A stretch of DNA of 64,000 nt, from positions 1,039,773 through 1,103,772 of the forward strand of contig CP013703.1 of the NCBI GenBank assembly GCA_001563305.1. Reading direction: 5' to 3'. A program made the translations under genes and the position numbers. This DNA is from a methanogenic archaeon mixed culture ISO4-G1. GTDB lineage: Archaea > Thermoplasmatota > Thermoplasmata > Methanomassiliicoccales > Methanomethylophilaceae. Shown here one piece after another: positions 47,615 through 57,125 of the stretch. The notes below the pieces were generated by a model. It did no database searches. It was not told the DNA's origin and saw only the letters and a program-made list of their open reading frames with translations. Numbering within the stretch: the first letter of the stretch is position 1; each line of letters opens with the position of its first letter.

Positions 47615-49861
47615 ATGTCGAAGATTTGCATAAACGTCGCGTGGCCGTACGCCAACGGACCCATACACCTGGGCCATGTGGCCGGATCGCTCCTGCCCCC
47701 TGACATATTCAGGAGATACAACCTGCTCCTTGGGAACGAGGTGCTGATGGTCGGAGGTTCGGACCAGCACGGGACACCGATTACGATCTCAGCGGAGAAA
47801 TGCGGAATGACCCCCGAGGCCTACGCCGACAAGTTCCATGAGATCAACAAGAAGGCCATCGAGGACCTCAACATCCACTACTTCTTCAACAAGACCCACT
47901 GCCCCACCCACTTCGAGGTCACGCAGTACATCTTCAACAAGCTGAAGGACAACGGATACGTCTACGTGAAGGAGACCAACCAGTACTTCTGTCCCAAGTG
48001 CGGACGTTTCCTTCCCGACAGGTACGTCGAGGGGATCTGTCCCAAGTGTGGTGCGGAGAAGACCCGTTCGGACCAGTGCGACAGCTGCGGAACCACCTTC
48101 GAACCCGGGGACCTCAAGGAACCGTACTGCACACTATGCGGATCAACACCCGAGATCAGGGCCACCAAGCATTTCTTCCTGAAACTGAGCGCGTTCACGG
48201 ACAGACTCATCGACTACGTAAAGGACAAGGACTACTGGAGATCCAATGTCAAGACGTTCACCCAGAACTGGCTACAGGGCGAGGGACTCACCGACAGGGC
48301 CATCACGAGGGACATGTCCTGGGGAGTGCCCATCCCCATGGAGGGCTGGGACGACAAGGTCATCTACGTTTGGTTCGACGCGGTTATCGGCTACCTCTCG
48401 GCATCCATCGAGTACTCCAGGCAGATCGGGAAGCCCGACTACTGGAAGGAGTTCTGGAAGAACCCCGAGTGCAAGCACTACTATTTCATCGGAAAGGACA
48501 ACATCCCGTTCCATTCGATCATCTGGCCCGCCATACTCATGGGAGTCGGCGGACTGGAGCTCCCCTACGACATCCCCGCCAACGAGTACCTCATGATAGG
48601 CGGAGGAAAGCTCTCCAAGAGCCGCGGAGGAGCGATCGATATCCCAAGCGTACTCCAGAAGTACGACGCGGACGTTATCAGATACTACCTGTCGGCGGTC
48701 ATGCCCGACACCCATGATTCAGAGTTCACCTGGGAGGACTTCCAGACCAAGGTCAACACCGAACTGGTGGCCAACCTCGGTAACTTCTTCCACAGGTCGC
48801 TGGACTTCTCGAAGAAGAACTTCGGCACCATCCCCGCGGGCGAGGACGACCCGGCGGTCACACAGGCCATCGAGGACACGGTGAAGGAGTACTGCGACTG
48901 CATCGGACGCTGCGACTTCAAGAAGGGACTAAAAGCGGTCATGAACCTCTCGTCCTTCGGGAACAAGTACTTCAACGATGCGGCGCCCTGGAAACTGGTT
49001 AAGGAGGACAAGGAGGCCTGCGGAAAGGTCATCCACAACGTCCTCAGGCTCGTCCAGGCACTGTCCGTCCTGTCTTGGCCTTACGTCCCCACGGCAGCGG
49101 AAAAGGTCTGGGGCTTCCTCGGAAACGAGGGAACGATCCAGGATGCCGGACTCAATGCGGCCAAGGCATCCGTGAAAACGGGACAGCAGCTCAACGACTC
49201 CGTGCCAGTGTTCAAGAAGCTGGATATCCCCGAGCTCAAGGAGGACAAGAAGAAGGAGAACGCTGAACCCCAGCCTGCCAACTTCACCGGGCCCTTCGCT
49301 GACTTCAGGCGCCTGGATGTCCGTGTGGGAACGATCGTGTCCGTAGAGGACCACCCCGAGGCTGAGAGGCTGTACGTCCTCAAGGTCGACCTCGGAGAGG
49401 AGGAGCCCAGACAGCTGGTCACCAACATCAAGTCGATCTTCCCCAAGGATTACATGATGGGAAGGAGGCTGCTCGTGATCTCCAACCTCAAGAAGGCCAA
49501 GTTCAAGGGCGTGGAGTCCTTCGGAATGCTCATGGCCGCCGACGACGAACAGGTCGGAGGGGACCATCTGGCACTTCTCAAGCCCAACAAGGACGTCCCC
49601 AACGGAACCGTTCTTAACTGCGGTCTCGAGAACTCATCCTCCAGGATCGAGCTGAAGCACTTCGAGGCTGTCAAGATCAAGACGGCGAGGATCAAGGACG
49701 GCAAATTCCTCGGAATGGACATAGAACTTCCCCCCGACGCACCCGAGGTGGTCACGGCGATCATCGACGGTGACAAGGCCATCCCGTTCGGAGACGGTAA
49801 AGGATGCATCATCACCGTCGACGACGGATGCGGCATCCTCGACGGGGCAGACGTAAGATGA
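47615..49861 (+). CDS. metG: methionyl-tRNA synthetase with C-terminal tRNA-binding (EMAP/Trbp111-like) domain
   Basis: HIGH (PYANGPIHLGH), KMSKS (KLSKSRG), four-Cys knuckle, and a C-terminal OB domain. Confidence 0.9.
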   Translation: MSKICINVAWPYANGPIHLGHVAGSLLPPDIFRRYNLLLGNEVLMVGGSDQHGTPITISAEKCGMTPEAYADKFHEINKKAIEDLNIHYFFNKTHCPTHFEVTQYIFNKLKDNGYVYVKETNQYFCPKCGRFLPDRYVEGICPKCGAEKTRSDQCDSCGTTFEPGDLKEPYCTLCGSTPEIRATKHFFLKLSAFTDRLIDYVKDKDYWRSNVKTFTQNWLQGEGLTDRAITRDMSWGVPIPMEGWDDKVIYVWFDAVIGYLSASIEYSRQIGKPDYWKEFWKNPECKHYYFIGKDNIPFHSIIWPAILMGVGGLELPYDIPANEYLMIGGGKLSKSRGGAIDIPSVLQKYDADVIRYYLSAVMPDTHDSEFTWEDFQTKVNTELVANLGNFFHRSLDFSKKNFGTIPAGEDDPAVTQAIEDTVKEYCDCIGRCDFKKGLKAVMNLSSFGNKYFNDAAPWKLVKEDKEACGKVIHNVLRLVQALSVLSWPYVPTAAEKVWGFLGNEGTIQDAGLNAAKASVKTGQQLNDSVPVFKKLDIPELKEDKKKENAEPQPANFTGPFADFRRLDVRVGTIVSVEDHPEAERLYVLKVDLGEEEPRQLVTNIKSIFPKDYMMGRRLLVISNLKKAKFKGVESFGMLMAADDEQVGGDHLALLKPNKDVPNGTVLNCGLENSSSRIELKHFEAVKIKTARIKDGKFLGMDIELPPDAPEVVTAIIDGDKAIPFGDGKGCIITVDDGCGILDGADVR

Positions 49862-50517
49862 AAGCAGACCTTCACGTTCATACGGAGTTCTCCCTCGACG
49901 GCCACACCAAGATGGATGAGCTGGTCAGAACGGCCGTGGAGAAGGGCATCGGCTGCATAGCCGTGACCGACCACAACGAGTTCAAGGCCTACGATATCCT
50001 CAAGGACAACAAGGACGTCATCATAATCCCTGCGGAGGAGGTCTCGTCCAAGGAAGGCCACATCCTGGCCTTCGGCATCGACAGGCAGATTCCCAAGGGA
50101 CTTTCCATCCAGGATACCATCGACAAGATACACGAGGCCGGAGGATACGCCTTCGCTGCCCACCCATACAGATGGTGGTCCGGACTGGGCGAGAAGAATA
50201 CCCTGTCCTATGATTACGACGGCATCGAATCAAGGAACGCACGCTCCATCCCATCCGCCAACAGGAAATCGGAGAAGCTCGCGGAGAGGATCGGAAAACC
50301 GGTCTCCGCCGGTTCTGATGCGCACACACCCGGGCGCATAGGCTGGGGCTACGTGGAACTGCCGGACACTGTCACCAACTGGCGGGAGGCCGTGGATGCC
50401 ATCATGAACGGTGACATCACCGCCGTCTACAGCGAGAGCCGCTCGTTCATCCAGACGCTGAGATACGGGATCAAATCCATAGGTCAGTGGATGTTCCGCG
50501 GATTCCATAGAATGTGA
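49858..50517 (+). CDS. PHP-domain phosphoesterase (small)
   Basis: MKADLHVHTEFS... and the other His/Asp ligands. ATGA overlaps the metG stop. Confidence 0.7.
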   Translation: MKADLHVHTEFSLDGHTKMDELVRTAVEKGIGCIAVTDHNEFKAYDILKDNKDVIIIPAEEVSSKEGHILAFGIDRQIPKGLSIQDTIDKIHEAGGYAFAAHPYRWWSGLGEKNTLSYDYDGIESRNARSIPSANRKSEKLAERIGKPVSAGSDAHTPGRIGWGYVELPDTVTNWREAVDAIMNGDITAVYSESRSFIQTLRYGIKSIGQWMFRGFHRM

Positions 50518-50520
50518 GAC

Positions 50521-50817
50521 ATGCCTTCCGATGCGAATTCTCTGGAAAAGGTCAGGGCGATCCTGCCCGAGATCACCTCCCACAAGATGATGGGGGAATA
50601 TCTCCTGTACATGGAAGGGAAACTATTCGGCGGGATCTACGACGACAGACTCCTGATCAAACTCACCAAGGCATCGACTACCCTTCTGAAGGGCTATCCC
50701 TCGGCATTCCCCTACGAAGGAGGAGGGGAGATGATACATTTCACGGAACCTTACGATGCGTTCCAGCTGAGAAGGGTCGTGATGGCCATGCTTCCGGAGC
50801 TCAAGACCCGTGAATGA
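50521..50817 (+). CDS. TfoX N-terminal-domain-like protein
   Basis: 98 aa. The GEYLLYMEGKLFGGIYDDRLLIK core resembles the TfoX/Sxy N-domain. Confidence 0.45.
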   Translation: MPSDANSLEKVRAILPEITSHKMMGEYLLYMEGKLFGGIYDDRLLIKLTKASTTLLKGYPSAFPYEGGGEMIHFTEPYDAFQLRRVVMAMLPELKTRE

Positions 50818-50822
50818 TACGG

Positions 50823-51425
50823 TCATCCGGTCATCTTCGACCCGATGAAATCATAGAGGGCTTCCATCCCCGCATCCGTCTTGGCGGAGACTGAGAATAC
50901 AGGTTTCGACGGATAGTTCTCCGAGAACCATCCCGCTATGCGTGATATCTCATCGTTCGTGACCAGGTCCGATTTGTTTATCAGGACGATGTCGGAACCG
51001 GACATCTGCATCTTGTAGAAGTTCTCCTTCTTCTCGATCAGCGAGTCGAAACGGTCCGCATCGGCGAGTCCGATGATGGAGCAGGAGTCCTCGTCGATCA
51101 TCGACGTGTGGACGAACTGCTTCACCTTATGTGGAAGTGCCAGACCGGTAGGTTCTATGATCAGGATGTCGGGATCGATGTCGCTCTTGATCTGCTTGAG
51201 GGTGGCCTGCAGGGATCCGACAAGGCTGCAGCATATGCATCCCTCGGGAAGCTCCGTGGCGCTGAACCCCTGAGCCTTTATCGTGGATCCGTCCACCCCG
51301 ACCTCGCCGGATTCGTTGACTATGATGGCAACGCTCTTCCCCTTGCCCGTGTACAGTCTCGCGAGGCTCAGAAGGATCGTGGTCTTTCCGCTGCCAAGGA
51401 ATCCGCCGATGATGAACACGTGCAT
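50823..51425 (-). CDS. CobW/HypB/UreG-family (G3E) GTPase
   Basis: P-loop GGFLGSGKTT and a GCICCS metal-binding motif. Last gene of the mta operon. Confidence 0.75.
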   Translation of the reverse strand: MHVFIIGGFLGSGKTTILLSLARLYTGKGKSVAIIVNESGEVGVDGSTIKAQGFSATELPEGCICCSLVGSLQATLKQIKSDIDPDILIIEPTGLALPHKVKQFVHTSMIDEDSCSIIGLADADRFDSLIEKKENFYKMQMSGSDIVLINKSDLVTNDEISRIAGWFSENYPSKPVFSVSAKTDAGMEALYDFIGSKMTG

Positions 51426-51434
51426 TTCGAATCC

Positions 51435-53051
51435 TCACTGGACCAATCTCAGGGAGTCGTACTTATAGACTTTCTTGGGGCAACTGAACTGGCATCTGTA
51501 GCATGCGGTTCCGAGACAGTTCTTGGTCTGTACCACGATCTCGTTGTCGTCCATGACCTTCAGTGCATGCTCGGGGCATTCGTTCTCGCATTTCTTGCAG
51601 CCAATGCAGCCTTCCATGTATCCGCGAAGCTCGGTCCCGATGTCGTGAAGGATGAAGAGCCCTCTGTCACCCAGATCAGGGATGTCACGCTGGACCATCC
51701 TGTGGACCGTGGGGTTACCGGTCGGTTTCGGCAGCTCCTGTATGCCGGCGATCGCGTTGTTCCTGTTGTACATCTCCATGCTCATGCCCTCGTCGCAGAC
51801 CGCGAGTTCCTGGGTGTAGATCTGCTCGAACACCTCGTCCCCGGCGAACATTATGTGGTTGGCCCTGATGCCGTTGGCTATGTCCTGGAGCTTATCCAGC
51901 AGCTCTGGGTCCCTGAGGATGTCCGTAGCCATTGCCAGCGATGTATTCCCGTACTGGTAGATCGTGTTGCACGAAGGGGGCAAGAGTCCCACCTTCCTGG
52001 CCTTGACAGCATCCACGTATGTACCGGATGCGCCGGCCATGTACATGATGTCCAGATCGCTGAACTTGATGCCTGCGTGCTCCAGAAGGGTGAAGTGACC
52101 GGCCCTCATCGCACCGATGGCCTTCAGGGCCTCCGATATGTCGTGTGAATCGATGGTGATACCATCCTGCAGATGGAGCAGCCCGTCGCTGGTGTCGATC
52201 TTCCCCTTCCTCCACAGATGGGCCTCGAGAAGGGCGGATACGGCCGCGATCACACCTGTTCCGGTGATACCTTTGGCCTTCCCGCTCATCGGACCCTCCG
52301 GCGTGACGGTCTCCAGGGCTATGTCGACCCTGTCGCCGTTCTCAGGTATTATATCGTCATTCAGGACCTTGCATATGTACTGGAAGTCGTACTCCAGGTC
52401 CGAGATGGCCCCGGGCCCGGCGAGCATACCGCATCTTATGGACTGGCCTTCCATGGCAGGTCCGGCCGCGGCCGAACCCGTGTATATGTCGTCGCCGACC
52501 TTCAGCGCCATCTCCGCGTTCGTACCGTAATCCGTGACGAGGCAGTTCTCCTTCTGCTCGAGGAAACCGCTCTTGTACATCATGGCCAAGGCGTCCGCAC
52601 CGATCTCGTGCCTGATGGCCGGAGGGACCAATAATTCGCATCCGTCCTTGACATCGAGACCGACGTCCACCGCGGAGAATGTACCAGCATCCCTCTTCTG
52701 GGCGACTATCCCTCTTGCCTTGTGGGCGTTGTCGCCTGCGAACGCAAGATCGTCCACGGGGATCCCCTGGAAGAGCGACAGCTGGATAGGGTTTCCGCAG
52801 ATGCTTACCCTCTCGACCTTGTTCAGATCGACGCCTAGGGTCCTGATCAGCTTGTTAACGGTATCCATCAGGATGTTGTGGGCCGTCTCAGTGCCGTTGT
52901 TGATGCAGAACGTAAGGTGATCCATGATGTTGGCACCCGGCAAGGGATGACATTCCGTGACAGATGTCGAAAGGATCCTGCCGTTCGAGAGATCGACCGC
53001 ATGACCCCTTGTTCCGCTCGTACCTATATCCAGGGAAATACCGTAACTCAT
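51435..53051 (-). CDS. ramA: RamA-like corrinoid reductive activation protein (ASKHA ATPase + 2x[4Fe-4S] ferredoxin domain)
   Basis: 538 aa with a C-terminal CIGCKKCENECP...CYRCQFSCP. Positioned between mtaB and the cobW-like gene. Confidence 0.7.
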   Translation of the reverse strand: MSYGISLDIGTSGTRGHAVDLSNGRILSTSVTECHPLPGANIMDHLTFCINNGTETAHNILMDTVNKLIRTLGVDLNKVERVSICGNPIQLSLFQGIPVDDLAFAGDNAHKARGIVAQKRDAGTFSAVDVGLDVKDGCELLVPPAIRHEIGADALAMMYKSGFLEQKENCLVTDYGTNAEMALKVGDDIYTGSAAAGPAMEGQSIRCGMLAGPGAISDLEYDFQYICKVLNDDIIPENGDRVDIALETVTPEGPMSGKAKGITGTGVIAAVSALLEAHLWRKGKIDTSDGLLHLQDGITIDSHDISEALKAIGAMRAGHFTLLEHAGIKFSDLDIMYMAGASGTYVDAVKARKVGLLPPSCNTIYQYGNTSLAMATDILRDPELLDKLQDIANGIRANHIMFAGDEVFEQIYTQELAVCDEGMSMEMYNRNNAIAGIQELPKPTGNPTVHRMVQRDIPDLGDRGLFILHDIGTELRGYMEGCIGCKKCENECPEHALKVMDDNEIVVQTKNCLGTACYRCQFSCPKKVYKYDSLRLVQ

Positions 53052-53161
53052 AGTATCATCTCAGCTGCACCTACGAAATATGCTTACAAATATGTGAATG
53101 TTGGAGGTCCCGGCGATACGAGGAGATCGGACCCGCCGGTAAATGGTTTTCAAGGGGGAAT

Positions 53162-54562
53162 TCAGAGTCCGTAGTTCTTCATGTTGAAGTTGGGGACGAT
53201 GTCCTTGTACTCCTTTGCTGCCCACTCGACGAACTTGTCCTCGTCATCGGGGAGTGCGGAGAGCTTCTTGTTGATGTCCTGGAGGGTCTCGAGCTGCTTG
53301 GTGGTGAGTCCGAGCTCCTTGGATTCGTAGCCCTTAAGGAGGATCTCGACTGCCTTGGTTCCGGCGGCCTTGGCCCTGAGGTAGAGGTTGTCACCGTACT
53401 GGGCGATTGCCTTTCCAATCTCGTATGCGTGGTCGTACGCGAGGATGTATGCCTCGGGTCCTCTGTACCTGTCAGAGTACATGTACATGTCCCTGAGGGT
53501 CTTCTCCTGCTTGAGCTGGATCGCGGTGTTCATGAGTGAGGCCTCGTATCCGATCGATCCGAACCAGCACTGGACGGAGGTTCCTCCGAACTCGGGGTGG
53601 TACTCGACGGACTCGTTGGACCACAGGTCACAGCACTGGGCGATGAGGTTACCCTGCAGATCGCAGTGTGCGCACTGGCAGTTCTTTCCCTCCTGTGCGG
53701 TGGGCTTTCCTGCGATGGCTTTGACGATGGGTCCCTCGTAACCGCAGTCCTTGTCGGGACCGACGGCTCCGGCCTCCCAGGCGCAGAGCGTCCTTGCGGC
53801 GGAGATTGCACGGGTGACGGCGGAGAAGGTCCTCTGGACATCCTGGTCCATCATTCCTCCGGCCATGAACATGGAAACGTTCGCTCCGGAACAGTTGGTG
53901 TCTCCTCCCGCAACGCAGTGGTTCTTCTTCGCGATGTCGACGAGCTGCTCCCAGAGCCAGGTCATATCGATGGATCCGAGGTAACCGACTCCGAACAGGA
54001 ATGCGACGATGTCTCCGTTGGTGACTGCGTAATCTGCGAACTCCTTTCCTCCGACAGACTCGATGGAGAGGTTGTTGCATCCGTTCTCACATGCGATGTC
54101 CGCACACTCGAACAGCTTCTCGGGATAGGCGTGGGCGGAGTCCATGCCGGGCCTGAGTCCGTGGTCGGCCTCACGCTGGTCGGGGATGGTCTGCCTGGTA
54201 CCGCAGTTGAGTCCGTACTCCTCGTGGTACTTCTCGCACATCTCCTGCTGTCCCGCGACGACGGGTGCGGAGAGCTTGGCCTGGTTCATCTGGGAGACCC
54301 ACTCGGTCTCGAGCTGGACATTGGGGAATCCGACTGTGAGTGCCCTGTTGAGGATGTCCTTGGTGATGTAGTCCACGTACTCCTTTCTGAGCCTCTCGGG
54401 ATCCTTCTCGGTTCCGGGCCTGGGTGCGTAGTTGATCTCGGGGATGACGTATCCGGCTCCGATCTTCAGACCGAATCCGTAGGACACGGGATTCTTCGAG
54501 AAACCGAAGACCATGTCGTCTGCACAGTCGTATGCCATCTTTGTGTATCTTGATACTGCCAT
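53162..54562 (-). CDS. mtaB: methanol:corrinoid methyltransferase MtaB
   Basis: 466 aa, collinear with Methanosarcina MtaB from the N-terminus (MAVSRYTKMAY...EINYAPRP...) to the C-terminus (ENYG). Confidence 0.9.
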   Translation of the reverse strand: MAVSRYTKMAYDCADDMVFGFSKNPVSYGFGLKIGAGYVIPEINYAPRPGTEKDPERLRKEYVDYITKDILNRALTVGFPNVQLETEWVSQMNQAKLSAPVVAGQQEMCEKYHEEYGLNCGTRQTIPDQREADHGLRPGMDSAHAYPEKLFECADIACENGCNNLSIESVGGKEFADYAVTNGDIVAFLFGVGYLGSIDMTWLWEQLVDIAKKNHCVAGGDTNCSGANVSMFMAGGMMDQDVQRTFSAVTRAISAARTLCAWEAGAVGPDKDCGYEGPIVKAIAGKPTAQEGKNCQCAHCDLQGNLIAQCCDLWSNESVEYHPEFGGTSVQCWFGSIGYEASLMNTAIQLKQEKTLRDMYMYSDRYRGPEAYILAYDHAYEIGKAIAQYGDNLYLRAKAAGTKAVEILLKGYESKELGLTTKQLETLQDINKKLSALPDDEDKFVEWAAKEYKDIVPNFNMKNYGL

Positions 54563-54563
54563 C

Positions 54564-55346
54564 TCACTGACCCCCTACAATTGCATCCCATTCTTCTCTA
54601 ACCTGTTTCCACGTGTAACCCTGCCTGATCTTCTCTGCGATCAAGGGGGTCTGAGGTGCCTTCTCGGAATAGATTCCGAGGTCGTAGGAGTTAGCGTACT
54701 CCCTGTTGACTGCACCGCCGCATCCCATCAGGGGAATCTCGATTCCCTTCTCCATGAGGATCTTGGCCTCGGCAGGGAATGCGGACATGGTCGTGGTCAT
54801 GAGTGCGGTTCCGCTTGCGAACAGGGGCTTGACCTCCTCGACCTTTGCGATGAAGTTTGTGATTGCCACATCACGTCCCATGTCGATGACGTCGTATCCG
54901 GAGGACCTGACCATGACGGCCGCGATGTTCTTTCCGATGTCGTGGGGGTCTCCCTCGGCAGCGTGCATGACGACGGTTCCCTTGGACTCTCTTCCGCCGG
55001 GGACCATCTTGACTGCGATCGCGATTCCGATCTCCATTGTCTTTGCTGCCATCATGATCTCGGGAAGGAAGTAGACGTGCTCTGCGTAGAGCTTTGCGAC
55101 ACATTCCATACCTGCGACCAGTCCATTGTTGATGACGTCGAGGGGATCTTTCTGTTTGAGGGCCTCCGTAACGACGGGGACCACTGTCTTGAATCTCATA
55201 TAGAGAATCTCTTCTGCTACCTGCCTTAATACAGGATCTTCGGGCAAGAGTTTCTTTGCCATCTGCTCGGGTGTGAGTGATACCTGAGTCTCGATGTCGT
55301 AACGCTTGAGGACCTTTGTGAAATCTGCACCTTCCTTACTAAGCAT
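54564..55346 (-). CDS. mtaC: methanol corrinoid protein MtaC (B12-binding)
   Basis: 260 aa with a DxHxxG cobalamin-binding motif (GDPHDIGKN) and an N-terminal cap helix domain. 1-nt gap to mtaB. Confidence 0.9.
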   Translation of the reverse strand: MLSKEGADFTKVLKRYDIETQVSLTPEQMAKKLLPEDPVLRQVAEEILYMRFKTVVPVVTEALKQKDPLDVINNGLVAGMECVAKLYAEHVYFLPEIMMAAKTMEIGIAIAVKMVPGGRESKGTVVMHAAEGDPHDIGKNIAAVMVRSSGYDVIDMGRDVAITNFIAKVEEVKPLFASGTALMTTTMSAFPAEAKILMEKGIEIPLMGCGGAVNREYANSYDLGIYSEKAPQTPLIAEKIRQGYTWKQVREEWDAIVGGQ

Positions 55347-55607
55347 CTAATCACCTGCTTGGATGTTATCAGGATGCCTAACTTTATAACCTGTCTCAAA
55401 ATACAAACTCGATGCTCCAATTATAACAAATTTAAATTTATCTACAATATATCCTACCTAGATGGATGATACATCCAGCACACAATTTACATCAATTGTT
55501 CAATTCTGGATAGTGGTATTTACCGCATCTAACTAAATCAATCAATCTATACTAATTCTTGTATAATTGGATAACTATTTGTATAATTATATTATTATAC
55601 AATATGG
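55347..55607. promoter_or_regulatory. AT-rich divergent intergenic region with mtaC promoter elements and GGATG/CATCC palindromes
   Basis: SD-like AGGTGAT about 7 nt before the mtaC ATG. TTATAAA box about 50 bp upstream. TGGATG-ATA-CATCCA at 55463-55477 and ATGGATG-T-CATCCAT at 55604-55618. Direct repeat TTGTATAATT x2. Confidence 0.45.
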
Positions 55608-57125
55608 ATGTCATCCATAGTCTATTTGAAAAATCCGAGGTCCAATACTATTTATGCCTATCTCAATGAATCCGTTTGGGATCCAGAAAGGAAGAAGACG
55701 GTATACAGGAGGAAGTGCGTAGGGCATGTGGACCCGGAGACTGGGGAGATCGTTCCCAACAGGAAGACGTTGGTGAAAGACAGTCCGATCGTGAAATCCA
55801 GATACCTGTGCGCCATCTATGACAGGGTATCCGAGGACATGCACCTTACGGAGACACTCAAACTTTCCTTCCCGGACCACTGGAAGAAGATCCTTTCCAT
55901 AGCCTACTACCTGCTATCAACCAACGAACCGCTCTCGTTCTGCAAACAATGGTCGGAACAGCATAAGACCCCATACAACCAGACCATCAGCAACAATCTG
56001 ATCAACGACCTCCTGACATCCATCAACCCCAATGGGATCTCCCTTTTTTTCACACTCTGGAAACTGCGTGTCCAGCCTGTGGAAACATTCACCGCGTCCA
56101 TCAATATCGGAGGCCACAGGATCAACCTCAGCGAGTTCTCAAAAGACTATATGGAGATCAGCAACGACTTCGACAACAGTCTGAAGATGACCATGTACTT
56201 CTCCACTAAGAGCAACGTCCCGATTTGCTATCAGCTGTCCGACCCCATCACCGGGCGCAAGATCGGCGATTACGATGTCTCCCCCAACAGCTTCAGCAGG
56301 CTGTCGTCCTTCATCGACCATACCCGCGGTGACAACGTGGACCCTTCACTGGTGCCGTATGCGGACAGCAACATCACCGTCCGCACCTACCCCAACAACG
56401 ATTTCGTCAGGAACCTTGTCGAGAAGGTCGGATCGACCATCACCAACCCTGAGAACTACAGGATCATCCTGGGAACCCCGATGTTCATCGAGAGCTTCAT
56501 GCAGCACGTCAGCGGGAAGAAGTACTATGTCCACATCTTCTTCGACCCGAACCAGGCCGTGACGGACCTGTCCGCATTCATCTCGGTTATCAACATGTGC
56601 AAATACGAACTCGAGATGGATTCCCCTGTGGAGAGGCATCAGCAGTTGTACGACGAGTTCCTGATAGTCAAGGAGGATGAGAAAGGGAACACTGTGGTGG
56701 AACTGAACAGTGAGGCTATCATGAACCACAACAAGTTCCTTGGATACAACGTCCTGATATCGAACTTCACGGGTAACGCCTCCACTGCCATCGTCCCGTT
56801 CATCCAGAGGTCCAGCGTCTCAAGGAGGTTCGATTCGATAAGGAACGAGTACGACAGCACTACCATGAACCTCTTCACGGAGACCAACTATCTGAGCAGG
56901 GTCTTCCTACAGTTCATATCACTGATCCTCAGGGTCGGCGTCCTGAACGTGATGAACACGAAGAAGCTCAACAGGACCATGACCTTCAAGGAGGTGGTCA
57001 TGGAGATATCCAACCTCAGGACCGTGAAGATTCCGGGGGTAAAGAGACCCCAGAACACGTTCGCCAGCGATGAGCAGCTCCGTATCCTGAGGGCTTTCGA
57101 CGTGCCCATCGACGATGAGAAATGA
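55608..57125 (+). CDS. IS1634/IS4-family transposase-like protein (possibly degenerate or domesticated)
   Basis: N-terminal IVYLKN..TIYAYLNESVWDPERKK..RRKCVGHVDPETGEIVP resembles the conserved N-terminal block of IS1634-type transposases, and GYNVLISN resembles their internal motif. A clean DDE triad could not be confirmed by eye. Composition looks AT-shifted. Confidence 0.4.
   Translation: MSSIVYLKNPRSNTIYAYLNESVWDPERKKTVYRRKCVGHVDPETGEIVPNRKTLVKDSPIVKSRYLCAIYDRVSEDMHLTETLKLSFPDHWKKILSIAYYLLSTNEPLSFCKQWSEQHKTPYNQTISNNLINDLLTSINPNGISLFFTLWKLRVQPVETFTASINIGGHRINLSEFSKDYMEISNDFDNSLKMTMYFSTKSNVPICYQLSDPITGRKIGDYDVSPNSFSRLSSFIDHTRGDNVDPSLVPYADSNITVRTYPNNDFVRNLVEKVGSTITNPENYRIILGTPMFIESFMQHVSGKKYYVHIFFDPNQAVTDLSAFISVINMCKYELEMDSPVERHQQLYDEFLIVKEDEKGNTVVELNSEAIMNHNKFLGYNVLISNFTGNASTAIVPFIQRSSVSRRFDSIRNEYDSTTMNLFTETNYLSRVFLQFISLILRVGVLNVMNTKKLNRTMTFKEVVMEISNLRTVKIPGVKRPQNTFASDEQLRILRAFDVPIDDEK

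Noticed and set aside
51108-52148. 346-aa plus-strand ORF
   Set aside because: Antisense to the ramA-like gene. Low-complexity.
53597-55229. Plus-strand ORFs of 318 aa and 238 aa
   Set aside because: Antisense to mtaB and mtaC. Low-complexity Asp/Gly/Leu/Val/Cys-rich translations.
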